From Phaeosaccion multiseriatum (Eukaryota > Protista > Ochrophyta, other classes), in the NCBI GenBank assembly GCA_965112735.1, contig OZ218951.1:4774001-4838000 (forward strand): a DNA stretch of 64,000 bases, written 5' to 3'. How positions within the stretch are numbered: position 1 is the first letter of the stretch; each line of letters begins with the position of its first letter. The position numbers and the translations under genes were made by a program. Of this stretch, positions 26,539-39,106 are shown piece by piece. The notes under the pieces are model-generated. The model searched no databases. It was not told where the DNA came from and saw nothing but the letters and a program-made list of their open reading frames with translations.

Positions 26539-26795
26539 CCTGACGTGATTCTGACGGAGGCGCGATTCGTGATTCTGGCGACCGCTATATTCTTCTGTGC
26601 ACCGCCACAGGCGTGGTTCGTGCTTCTCGGTGGTGCGCCTTAGAAATAAGGCAATGAATGACGTCATAGTGCGTAATAAAAAGTCAGGGAAACATGATTG
26701 AATATGGCGGCCGCCGGAGGCGTGATTCGTGATTCTGTGCACCGCTACAGGCGTGATTCGTGCTTCTCGGCGCCCTCCCTCAGAATCACGTCAGG
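26539..26795. mobile_element. Possible MITE-like element (~257 bp) with terminal inverted repeats
   Basis: CCTGACGTGATTCTGA at 26539 and its reverse complement TCAGAATCACGTCAGG ending at 26795 (similarity extends to ~25 bp). Internal ~50-bp direct repeats surround an AT-rich core. No clear target-site duplication. Confidence 0.4.
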
Positions 26796-26937
26796 GGTCG
26801 ACAGCAAGGCAAGGTGGGCTACAAGCACGCAACAGCCAGAAAAGGGAATAGCCAGCAAGACAGCCCCTATTCCGCCTTCCCGGACAGGTCTCCATGCCGG
26901 CTACAGACATGGTTGGGGCCCCACGCTGGAGTAGGGC

Positions 26938-27035
26938 TATGAAGCGAAGCAAGTTGTGATGGAGTAGAGTCATGAAGCGAAGCAAAAGCTGTGATGGAAT
27001 AGTGTCACGAAGCGAAGCAAAAGTTATGATGGTAG
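26938..27035. repeat. Minisatellite, ~34-bp unit x3
   Basis: atgaagcgaagcaa(aa)g(t/c)t(g/a)tgatgg is repeated three times. Confidence 0.85.
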
Positions 27036-27142
27036 CGAGGAAGGGACGATGTGCGTGCGTGTGGTCGTGTCGTGTGTACGGGTGCGTAGAAGTGTATAGC
27101 TAGTGATGTGGAGCGAGAAAAAGAGAGACTCGACATTCTTAC

Positions 27143-28591
27143 ATGCGTGCCCGAAGAAGCAGATGATGATTCACCTCCTTGACCCTGACCCTTGTGGTGC
27201 AGGCGGAGGTGGCGAGCGGGTGGAAGAGGACTCCCGATGGCCACCAGGGCATTAGCGGCTTCGTTCTCCGCGGGAGGCGTGGAGGATCGGAAGGGGCGGT
27301 GGCTGTCGCTGCGGTTGGGGTGGCCATCGCGAATCATGGTCATGGCTGGGTGGTGGGTCTGTTCCTTCTCCTCCTTCTCCTCCTGCTGCGGCTGCTGCTG
27401 CTGGCCAGTTGGTGCCTGCCGAATACCGGGGAGAGGCCAGTGAGTGAGGGAGGGGTGAGGAGGGGAGGGCGCGAGACACGAGCTTAGTAACAAGGAGTCG
27501 GGGGGGAAGGAGTGGGCGAGTGGAGCTCTCCCAAAGAGGAGGGGAGGCTGTAGCTAGCCGAAAGCAGGGGGCTCACAACTGGGCTCGCTCACGCACCCCC
27601 CACGCACTCGCCACCACTCACCTCAGCATTCGTGGTGCTCCACGGGGCCAGGCCCTCGGAATCGGTCCACGGCTTCTGGAACAGTAGAGCCGTGCCTGGG
27701 GACGGAGTGCTGATGCCCAGGTCCTGCAGGAGAATGGGGGAGAAGGTGAAGGGCTCCGCTGGCCTCGCGGAAGGGAGAGGAGTCCGTACAGCGGCTCCTG
27801 CTCCTGCTTCTCCTCCTCCTTCTCCTCCTGCTCCTCCTCCTGCTGGTGCTGCCGCAGATGCTGCTGGAGCTCCTGCTCCTCCGCCCCCCCCCTACTACTT
27901 CTCCTCCAGTGGGTGCTACTGCTGCCCCAGAGCCCTCCTTTTTCTGTGTCCCGCATCCTCTATTGACTCCTCCTTCTCCCTCGTCATTCTCGGATGTTCC
28001 CAGCGGCATCAAGACTTCGGGAGTCATGGTGCGAACGGGACTAGTGCGGAGGAGGGGCAAACTCTCTTGGTAGTCATCACAAAGGTGTCTTCCATTGCGG
28101 GCGATAGCCCCTTCACCCCCTGCCGGATGAGGAGCCGGGGCGCTCATGGGAGTCCGATTGAGGCTTGGCCGTGAAGCCGCGTGGATGGGAGACATGAAGG
28201 CCTGCATCTTCCCACCCCCAGCAAAAGAGGCGGAAGTGGCGAGCTGCGGAGATTTGGGGGGGAAAGGCAGAGGGATAGGCCGGTAAGGACCGCGGGTAGA
28301 AGCGGACATGATGGGAGGAGGGGCATTACCAGCCTCCAGCAAGTGTACGGAGCAAAGGACGCATTACCTTGCTTAGCCTTTCCTTATCTTTTGAGACTCG
28401 TGGGAGAATCTGGGTGGACCGGAGGAGAAACGTGGTGCAGCGGATGAGCCCATCACGCCCTGCAATAGCCGGGATGGAGAGGAAGCGGCAGGAGCAGCAG
28501 TAGGAGCCGCCGTCGCAGCAGCAGCCGCACGAATGGGCTCCAAAGGCGGGGCCTGGGATGTGTGCTGCTGTTCCTGCTTGCGCTTGACCAT
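27143..28591 (-). CDS. Hypothetical low-complexity protein (partial model; divergent from ANK5)
   Basis: Protein-like ORF pieces. The donor ...STTNAE|gtgagt at ~27620 joins in phase to the acceptor cggcag|APTGQQQQ at ~27415. There is a frameshift in the C-run at ~27885-27893 and an in-frame TAA at 28373-28375. No recognisable domain. Confidence 0.4.
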
Positions 28592-28947
28592 TCTTGCCGT
28601 TGCCCTGCTGAACTGACTGCGATCTTTCTGATCGTGTGTCGCGTAGCCCCTACACGTCCTTGGCTGCGTGTTGCGTGTGCTTCCTACGCCATCAGTGCTC
28701 TATGCTCCACGATTGTATCCTTCTCTTCCAAGGTTGAGAAGCTGAGGGGTCTCCTTCTAAAGATCGGGATCTGTGACTCTGGAGCATCAAGCCCCCCGAT
28801 GCCTTCAGAGGCCTCCAACAACCAAAAACGGGAGGGCCGTGACAGGCAGGGCGACTGACTACTGCACAGCAGGCACAGCAGCGAGAGAGCCTTCTGTAGG
28901 CCCCTTGTCAGCACTGCTCGTCTCAAGGGCGGAACCGCTTGCTCACC

Positions 28948-30456
28948 ATGGCGCAGCAGGCAGCTATAACGCCCGAGGTACGACCTAGCGCCCTCCTCTA
29001 CGACGGTGTTCTTCGGAAAGAATGGAGCAAAGAGAGGGGTTCTTGTGTGCGGATACGATAGCTGCGGTGGGAAGCTCACGTGTCGACGCAGAGGGCAGCG
29101 CTCTATTGATCCCTTTTTCCCCGGCGTTTGCGCCTCTCCCCCGCTTCCCAAGACAGTATACCAAGATGGACTCTGTGTTTCGGGGAGAGCAAAGCGAGGG
29201 GGGGCTTTGCGGATAGGATGGCGGCGGTGGGATGTTGGCGTATCGAAGCAGTGAGCAGCTTCCTGCTGATCCCTTTCATTCTATGTACGTGCGTGCGTCT
29301 CTCCTTCCCCACTTCGTTGCCCTCAACAACACCAGGCGCGGCGACTCGAAAAGGCCCTGGTCAGAGAAGGCAGCTTCCCCACGGTGAAAGCGCTGATTGG
29401 GAAGCTCATCGCCAAGCACGGCAAAGCAAGCTTGGATCAGCCCATCGACGACGAAGGATGTACCGCAGTGTTTAGGGCTGCAGTGCACGATCGGCTGGAT
29501 GTCTTAGACCTTCTCCTGCGGGAAGGAGCCTCCTTCAGCACCAGAGGGGGACCCTTTGGAGGCACGCCGTTGATAGCGGCTAGCAGCTGCGGACACGATC
29601 AGGTGGTGAGGCGGCTGTTGGACATGGGAGCCCCTGTCGACCAAGCGAATGCCACAGGACTTACTCCCGTGATATGGCGGCATCGGTAGAGGGGCACTCC
29701 ACGACAGTGCAGCAGCTGCTCTCGGCGCGTGCTAATGTCGACTTGGCGGAGGAACGCGGAGTTTCTCCGATTTGGATAGCCTCTCAGAACGGACATGGCT
29801 CTGTTGTAAGGCACCTCATCTCAGCCCAAGCGGATGTGAACCACGCAGAAAATCGCGGCGGTTATACTCCGCTTCAGCAGGCATCGATGAAAGGGCATGC
29901 GGGTATCGTACAACAGCTCATCAGGGCCCACGCCAGCATCGACAAGGCTGACTTCGAAGGTTTCACTCCTCTTCACCTTGCCTCTGAACATGGGCACGGC
30001 GCTGTGGTGGAGAAGCTTCTCTCTGCGGGAGCGCGTGTGGACAAACGGGCCAACAACGGCACAACACCTCTCTACCTTGCCGCGTATATTGGACACGAGG
30101 CCGTCGTCGCTCGTCTCATCTCTGCGGGATCCCCCATCGATGTCACGGCAACAAACGGTACCACCCCTCTCCTTGTTGCCATCAACAGACACCACCACGG
30201 GACTGCGCGGCAGCTCCTCTCGGCCGGTGCTTCGGTGGACAAGGCCTTGGCTGGGGCACGGCGGTGTCAGCTCGGCCTCGGCATCGAGCAGCGACTTATG
30301 GAGGCGGCAACAGCCTTCTTCCGATCCCAAACCGCGCTGGACCTCATGCGAAGGACGGATCCGACCTTCGGCAAGGAGAGTGGAATCCTGCCGCTGGAGA
30401 GGCCCTGGAGTGTGGGGAGCGAGACGTGGGAGAGCATGGCGGAGGAGATGGGCTGA
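28948..30456 (+). CDS. Ankyrin-repeat gene ANK5 (8 repeats), join(28948..28977, 29336..30456), with one 2-nt frameshift near 29672
   Basis: Exon 1 MAQQAAITPE|gtacgacc; acceptor acaccag|GCG. GTG AT ATG GCG shows an extra AT relative to the paralogues, so it is either a young pseudogene or a sequencing error. Confidence 0.85.
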
Positions 30457-31252
30457 GCGAGCAGCCAGGAGGGATGCGCGAGGTGGGGGCTGATGGGGCA
30501 ACGACGACTTTGGCAACGAAAGTGTATCGCTCCGGAATGCTCGCTTGCACCATTCATGCAGCCCAGCCATGCGAGTGAGCCTGTACATCAGGATGCAATG
30601 AGAGAGAGAGAGACTGCCCACGGCACACTGGCTTGGTGTTAGAAGGGTGAAGTGATTGCGATCCTCTGTCGCAGGGAGGAGCGAAGTATATGAGGTTGGG
30701 GGTCCGGGGGGGGGTAGGGGGGGAGGGGAGTCATGTGTGTAGCTTACGGGCAATGGGTGAAGAAGTGTATAGCTTGAGGGAGGAGGGAGAGGGAAGGTCA
30801 GTTCGTTTGAAGGGGGGAGAGTGTAATCCCGAGGGTCGAGGCCGAGGGCTTCCTTGGTGGGGCATGCGGGTACAGCAAGTAGTCGTAGCTTAGAGAAAGG
30901 CACTGCCCTGCTAAACACACAATGGTAAAGGTGAACGCCAGGTCGTTGTGTTCGTGTGGAAGCGGAAGGAAGGCACCGCTCATCTAGGCAGCAGCGGCGC
31001 GGTCGCGTCTGCGCGCACTCACACAGCCTTGCTGCCGCTGGCTTGCCCAAGGAACTCCCCCTCCTTGGATCGGGATCTGTGAATCGGATCACCAAACCCA
31101 ATGCCTGCTTCAGAGGCCTCATAGCTAAACTTTATCAGAGAGCGGGGAGGACGGTGATAGGCAGAGCCACTGATTCCTGCACAGCAGCAAGAGAGCCTTC
31201 TGTAGGCCTCTTGTCAGCACTACCGTCTCAAGCGCAAGGCCTCTTGCTCACC

Positions 31253-32756
31253 ATGGCGCAGCAGGCAACTTTAACGCCCGAGGTACGACCTAGCGCCCTC
31301 CTGTAGGACGTTGTTCTCGGAAAGAATGGAGCAAAGAGAGGGGTTCTTGTGCGGATACGATAGCTGCGGTGGGAAGCTCACGTATCGACGCAGAGGGAAG
31401 CTCTCTATTGATCCCTTTTTCTCCGGCGTATGTGCCTCTCCCCCGCTTCTCAAGACAGTACACTAAGATGGACTCTGTGTTTCGGGGAGAGCAAAGCGAG
31501 GGGGGGCTTTGCGGATACGATGGTGGCGGTGGGATGTTGGCGTATCGAAGCAGTGAGCAGCTTCCTATTGATCCCTATTATCCTATGTACGTACGTGCGT
31601 CTCTCCCCCCCGAACTCGTTTCCCTCAACAACACCAGGCGGGGCGGCTGGGGCAGGCTCTGAAGAGAGGAGACAGCTTCCCCACTGTGAAAGCGCTGATT
31701 GGGAAGCTCATCGCCAAACATGGCAAAGCAAGCTTGGATCAGCCCATCGACGAAGAAGGAAGTACCGCAATGCTTGAGGCTATACTGCACGATCGGCTGG
31801 ATGTCTTAGACCTGCTGCTGCGGGAAGAGGCCTCCTTCAGCACCAGAGGGGGCCCCTTTGGATACACGCCGTTGATAGCGGCTAGCAGCTGCGGACACGA
31901 TCAGGTGGTGAGGCGGCTGTTGGACATGGGAGCCCCTGTCGACCAGGCGGACGCCACAGCAGGAGCTACTCCCTTGATGGTAGCGTCGGAAAGGGGGCAC
32001 TCCACGACTGTGCAGCAGCTGCTCTCGGCGCGTGCTATTGTCGACTTGGCCGATAAGCGGGGTATCTCTGCGATTTGGATTGCCTCTCAGAACGGACATG
32101 GCTCTATTGTAAGGCACCTCATCTCAGCCCAAGCGGATGTGAACCACGCAAGTAATCAGGGGAGAACTCCGCTTCATCAGGCATCTGTTGAAGGGCATGC
32201 GGGAATTGTACAGCAGCTCATCAGGGCCCACGCCAGCATCGACAAGGCTGACCTCGAAGGTTTCACTCCTCTTCACCTTGCCTCTCAAGAGGGACACGAC
32301 GCCGTGGTGGAGAAGCTTCTCTCTGCGGGAGCGCGTGTGGACAAATGGGCCAACAACGGCACAACACCTCTCTACCTTGCCGCGCATTGTGGACACGAGG
32401 CCGTCGTCGCTCGTCTCATCTCTGCGGGATCCCCCATCGATATCACGGCATCAAACGGAGCAACCCCTCTCCTTGCTGCCATCAACAGACACCACCACTG
32501 GACTGCGCGGCAGCTCCTCTCGGCCGGTGCTTCGGTGGACAAGGCCTTGGCTGGGGCACGCCGGTGTCAGCTCGGCCTCGGCATCGAGCAGCGACTTATG
32601 GAGGCGGCAACAGCCTTCTTCCGGTCCCAAACCGCGCTGGACCTCATGCGAAGGACGGATCCGACCTTCGGCAAGGAGAGCGGAATCCTGCCGCTGGAGA
32701 GGCCCTGGAGTGTGGGGAGCGAGACGTGGGAGAGCATGGCGGAGGAGATGGGCTGA
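31253..32756 (+). CDS. Ankyrin-repeat protein ANK6 (8 repeats), join(31253..31282, 31638..32756), intact
   Basis: Exon 1 MAQQATLTPE|gtacgacc, a phase-0 intron, and an open exon 2 ending ...SETWESMAEEMG*. Confidence 0.93.
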
Positions 32757-33538
32757 GCGAGCAGCCAGGAGGGATGCGCGAGGTGGGGGCTGATGGGGCA
32801 ACGACGACTTTGGCAACGAAAGTGTATCGCTCCAGAATGCTCGCTTGCACCATTCATGCAGCCCAGGCATGCGAGTGAGCCTGTGCATCAGAATGCGATG
32901 CGAAAGAGAGACTGCCCATGGCACACTGGCTTGGTGTTAGTAGGGTGAAGTGATTGCGATCCTCTGTCGCAGAGAGGAGCGGAGCACAGGAGGGAGGGGG
33001 TCCGGGGGGGGGGAGGGGAGTCATGTGTGTATCGTAGCTTATAGCTTGAGGGAGGGGGGAGAGGGAAGGTCAGTTCGTTTGAAGGGGGGAGAGTGTAGTC
33101 CCGATGGGTCGAGGCCGAGGGCTTCCTTGGTGGGGCATGAAGATACAGCAAGTAGTCGTAGCTTAGAGAAAGTACTGCCCTGCTAAACACACAATGGTAA
33201 AGGTGAACGTCAGGTCGTTGTGCTCGTGTGGAGGCGGAAGGAAGGCACCGCTCATCTAGGCAGCAGCGGCGCGGGCGCGTCTGTGCGTACTTAAACTCAA
33301 CACGGCCTTGCTGCCGCTGCCTTTCACCCAACAAGGAACTCCGCCCTCCTTGGATCGGGATCTGTGAATCCGATCACCAAACCCAATGCCTGCTTCAGAG
33401 GCCTTTATAGCTAAACTTTATCAAAGAGCGGGGAGGCCAGCGATAGGCAGAGCCACCGACAGCTGCACAGCAGCGAGAGAGCCTTCTGTAGGCCTCTTGT
33501 CAGCACTACCGTCTCAAGCGTAAGGCCGCTTGCTCACC

Positions 33539-34090
33539 ATGATGGCGCAGCAGGCAACTCATCAGGGCCCACGCCAACGTCGACAAGACTAGCCTGGAAG
33601 GTTTCACTCCTCTTCACCTTGCCTCTCAAGAGGGACACGACGCCGTGGTGGAGAAGCTTCTCTCTGCAGGAGCACGTGTGCACAAAGGGACCAACAAGGG
33701 CGCAACACCTCTCCACCTTGCCGCGCAGGATGCCGTCGTCGCTCGTCTCATCTCTGCGGGGATCCCCCATCGATGTCACGACAACACACGGTACCACCCC
33801 TCTCGTTGTTGCCATCAACAAAGACCACCACGGGACTGCGCGGCAGCTCCTCTTGGCCGGTGCTTCGGTGGACAAGGCCTTGGCTGGGGCACGGCGGTGT
33901 CAGCTCGGCCTCGACATCGAGCAGCGACTTCTTGAGGCGGCAGCAGCCTTCTTCCGGTCCCAAACCGCGCTGGACCTCATGCGAAGGACGGATCCGACCT
34001 TCGGCAAGGAGAGCGGAATCCTGCCGCTGGAGAGGCCTGGCGGGGTGCAGAGCGAGACGTGGGAGAGCATGGCGGAGGAGTTGGGCTGGG
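33539..34090 (+). pseudogene. Ankyrin pseudogene ANK7 with ~950-bp internal deletion
   Basis: Exon 1 ATG ATG GCG CAG CAG GCA ACT is fused directly and out of frame to catcagggcccacgcc (repeat 5 of exon 2), with TAG soon after. There is a further in-frame deletion removing GHE, a 1-nt insertion at ~33760, and loss of the normal stop. Confidence 0.9.
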
Positions 34091-34748
34091 CGAGCAGCAG
34101 GGATGCGGGAGGTGGGGGCTGGTCGTGCAACGACGACTTCGGCAACGAACGAGTACCGCTCCAGCTCGCTCGCTTGCACCAATCATGCAGCCCTTGCGAG
34201 TGAGCCTTACATCAGGATGCGATGCGAGAGAGAGACTGCCCATGGTACACTGGTTTGGTGCAGGAGCGATGAAGTGGTTGCGATCCTCTGTCGCAGAGAG
34301 GGGCGGAGTACAGGAGGTAGGGGGTCCGGGGGAGTAGGGGAGTCACGTGTTTAGCTTATGGGATCAATGGGTGAAGTGTATAGCTTGAGGGGGGTGGGGA
34401 GGGAAGGTCAGTTCGTTTGAAGGGGGGAGAGTGTAATGCCGATAGACGGCGAGGGGTCCCTGGGGCTGTGCTCGTGTGGAGGCAGAAGGCAGGCTAACTC
34501 TCATCTAGGCAGCAACTGCGTCTGTACGCACTCAAGACTGCCCTCTCGCCCACGCGTAACGGAACTCCACCCCCCTGGGATCAGGATCTGTGAATCGGAT
34601 CACCAAACCCAAAAAATGCCTTCAGAGGCCTCCATGATTTCAAACTGATCAGAGAGCGGGGAGGAGCCAGTGACTACTGCAGCGAGAGGGCATTTGGCAG
34701 CCCCTTTGTCAGCACTGCTCGTCTCAAGGGCGGGGCCGCTTGCTCACC

Positions 34749-36305
34749 ATGGCGCAGCAGGCAAATCTAACGCCCGAGGTACGACCCAGCGTCCTCCTGT
34801 AGGACGGTGTTCTTCGGAAAGAATGGAGCAAAGAGAGGGGTTCTTGTGCGGATAGATAGCTGCGGTGGGTTCTCACGTATCAACGCAGAGGGAAGCTCTC
34901 TATTGATCCCTTTTTCTCCGGCGTATGTGCCTCTCCCCCGCTTCTCAAGACAGCACACTAAGATGGGGGGGGAGAGGAAAGCGAGGGGGGGCTTTGCGGA
35001 TACGATGGCCGCGGTGGGATGTTGGCGTATCGAAGCAGCGAGCACCTTCCTGTTGATCTCTATTATCCTATGTACGTGCGTGCTTCTCTCCCCCCCGAAC
35101 TCGTTTCCCTGCCTCAACAAAACCAGGCGGGGCGGCTGGGGCAGGCTCTGAAGAGAGGAAACAGCCTCTCCATTGTGAAAGCGCTGATTGGGAAGCTCAT
35201 CGCCAAGCATGGCAAAGCAAGCTTGGATCAGCCTATCGACAAAGACGGATGTACCGTAATGCTTGTGGCGGCACTGCACGGCCGGTTGGATATCGTGGAC
35301 CTTCTGCTGCGGGAAGGGGCCTCCTTCAGCACCAGAGGGGGACCCTATGGATACACGCCATTGATGGCGGCTAGCGGATACGATGAGGTGGTGAGGCGGC
35401 TGTTGGACAGTGGAGCACCTGTCGACCAAGCGAATACCAGAGGAGCTACTCCCTTGTTTGTAGCATCGCAAGAGGGGTACTCCACGACTGTGAAGCAGCT
35501 GCTCTCGGCGCGTGCTAATGTCAACTTGGCAAACGAACGCGGAGTTTCTCCGATTTGGATGGCCTCTCACAACGGACATGGCTCTGTTGTAAGGCACCTC
35601 ATCTCAGCCCAAGCGGATGTAAACCACGCAAGTAATCGCGGTTATACTCCGCTTCGGGAGGCATCGCTCAATGGGCATGCGGGCATCGTACAGCAGCTCA
35701 TCAGGGCCCACGCCAGCATCGACAAGGCTGACATCGAAGGCTTCACTCCTCTTCACCTTGCCTCTCAACAAGGACACGACGCCGTGGTGGAGAAGCTTCT
35801 CTCTGCGGGAGCACATGTGGACAAAAGGACCAACAAGGGCTCAACACCTCTCCACCTTGCCGCGCAGGATGCTGGGCACGAGGCAATCGTTGCTCGTCTC
35901 ATCTCTGCGGGATCCCCCATCGATGTCCCAAGATCAGACGGTGCCACCCCTCTCTTTGGTGCCATCTGCGGAGGCCACCACGGGACTGCGCGGCAGCTCC
36001 TCTCGGCCGGTGCTTCGGTGGACAAGGCCTTGGCTTGGGCGCCGCGGTGTCCGCTCGGCCTCGGCATCGACGCGGTGGCTTGGGTGCCGGGGTGTACACT
36101 CGGCCTCGGCATCGGCGCGGTGTCCGCTCGGCCTCGGCAGCGACTTCTGGAGGCGGCAGCAGCCTTCTTCCGGTCTCAAACGGCGCTGGATCTCATGCGA
36201 AGGACGGATCCGACCTTCGGCAAGGAGAGCGGAATCCTGCCGCTGGAGAGGCCCTGGAGTGTGGGGAGCGAGACGTGGGAGAGCGTAGCGGAGGAGATGG
36301 GCTGA
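34749..36305 (+). CDS. Ankyrin-repeat protein ANK8 (8 repeats), join(34749..34778, 35127..36305), intact, with duplication in the C-cap
   Basis: Exon 1 MAQQANLTPE|gtacgacc and an open exon 2. An internal tandem duplication at ~36030..36137 stays in frame. Confidence 0.92.
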
Positions 36306-36774
36306 GCGAGCAGCCAGGAGGGATGCGCGAGGCGGGGCGTGGCGGAGCAACGACGGCTTTTGAGATTAAGAAGTATCGCTCTAACTCGCCCCCTTGCACT
36401 AGTTACGCAACCCATGCGAGTGGGGATGCGAGAAAGGTGTCCCTCACGGCAGCGGCAGATATTGACTTTGCGGAACGGCTACATGCCTGAGAGCGGCGAA
36501 GCTCATGCGGTGATCTGTCGAGGAGGGAGGGGAGTACAGGAGGGTAGGGTGTCAGGGGGGGGAGTGTGTAGCATGTAGGGGCCATGCAAAAGGAGGGGTG
36601 CCTAGTGGTAGGAGCGGGGGAGAGTGGCAACTCTGTTTGGTTTGAAGGGGGAGCAGCTCAGGTGAATTGAGGCCAATTGCGGATCGGAATATCCGAGCAC
36701 AGAACATTGTCGTGGGTTAGAGAAGGGGTCGCCTGCGAAACACACAACACACACAGGGGGGGGGGGGGGAGAGT

Positions 36775-38782
<2,008 letters not shown>

Positions 38783-39106
38783 ACTGACTGCTGCTCTGAG
38801 CGAGTGTCAAGAAATTGAAGAGCAGCGGCGTCAGGTTGAAAGAGGAAGATTGGAGCAAGCAAGCCACGAGCGAGAGATCCACCATAGCAGCAGCAGAGGA
38901 GGGGAAATTAAATGCACGAGGGGGGACGAAGCGGGTGAGCTGCGGGCGCCTTTCTTACCTTCACTGCGGGATCCCGCCAAATGCTTTTACAATTTGGATT
39001 TGGTTTCTGTTGTTTTTGGATGACTTAAGTCAATGATTGCAAACTGAAACTCACGCAGTTGGATTTTCTTTAAAGGCAGCCCGTGGGGACATCAGCCATC
39101 AAGGCG

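Larger units (their letters stand above)
28760..36400 (+). repeat. Tandem array of four ~2.3-kb gene units (upstream region + ANK gene + 3' flank)
   Basis: The shared upstream block gatc(g/a)ggatctgtga is at ~28762, 31068, 33353 and 34578. ATGs are at 28948, 31253, 33542 and 34749. Introns and 3' flanks are clearly homologous. Confidence 0.92.

Noticed and set aside
29821-31122. Long antisense and alternative-frame ORFs over the ankyrin and helicase genes
   Set aside because: Shadow ORFs expected in GC-rich coding DNA; no motifs of their own.
33539-34090. ANK7 as a processed retrocopy
   Set aside because: The junction is not at the splice sites, and the upstream and downstream flanks of the tandem unit are retained.
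28948-36305. Diversity-generating retroelement as the cause of ankyrin variation
   Set aside because: No reverse transcriptase or template repeat in the window, and the substitutions are not restricted to adenines.
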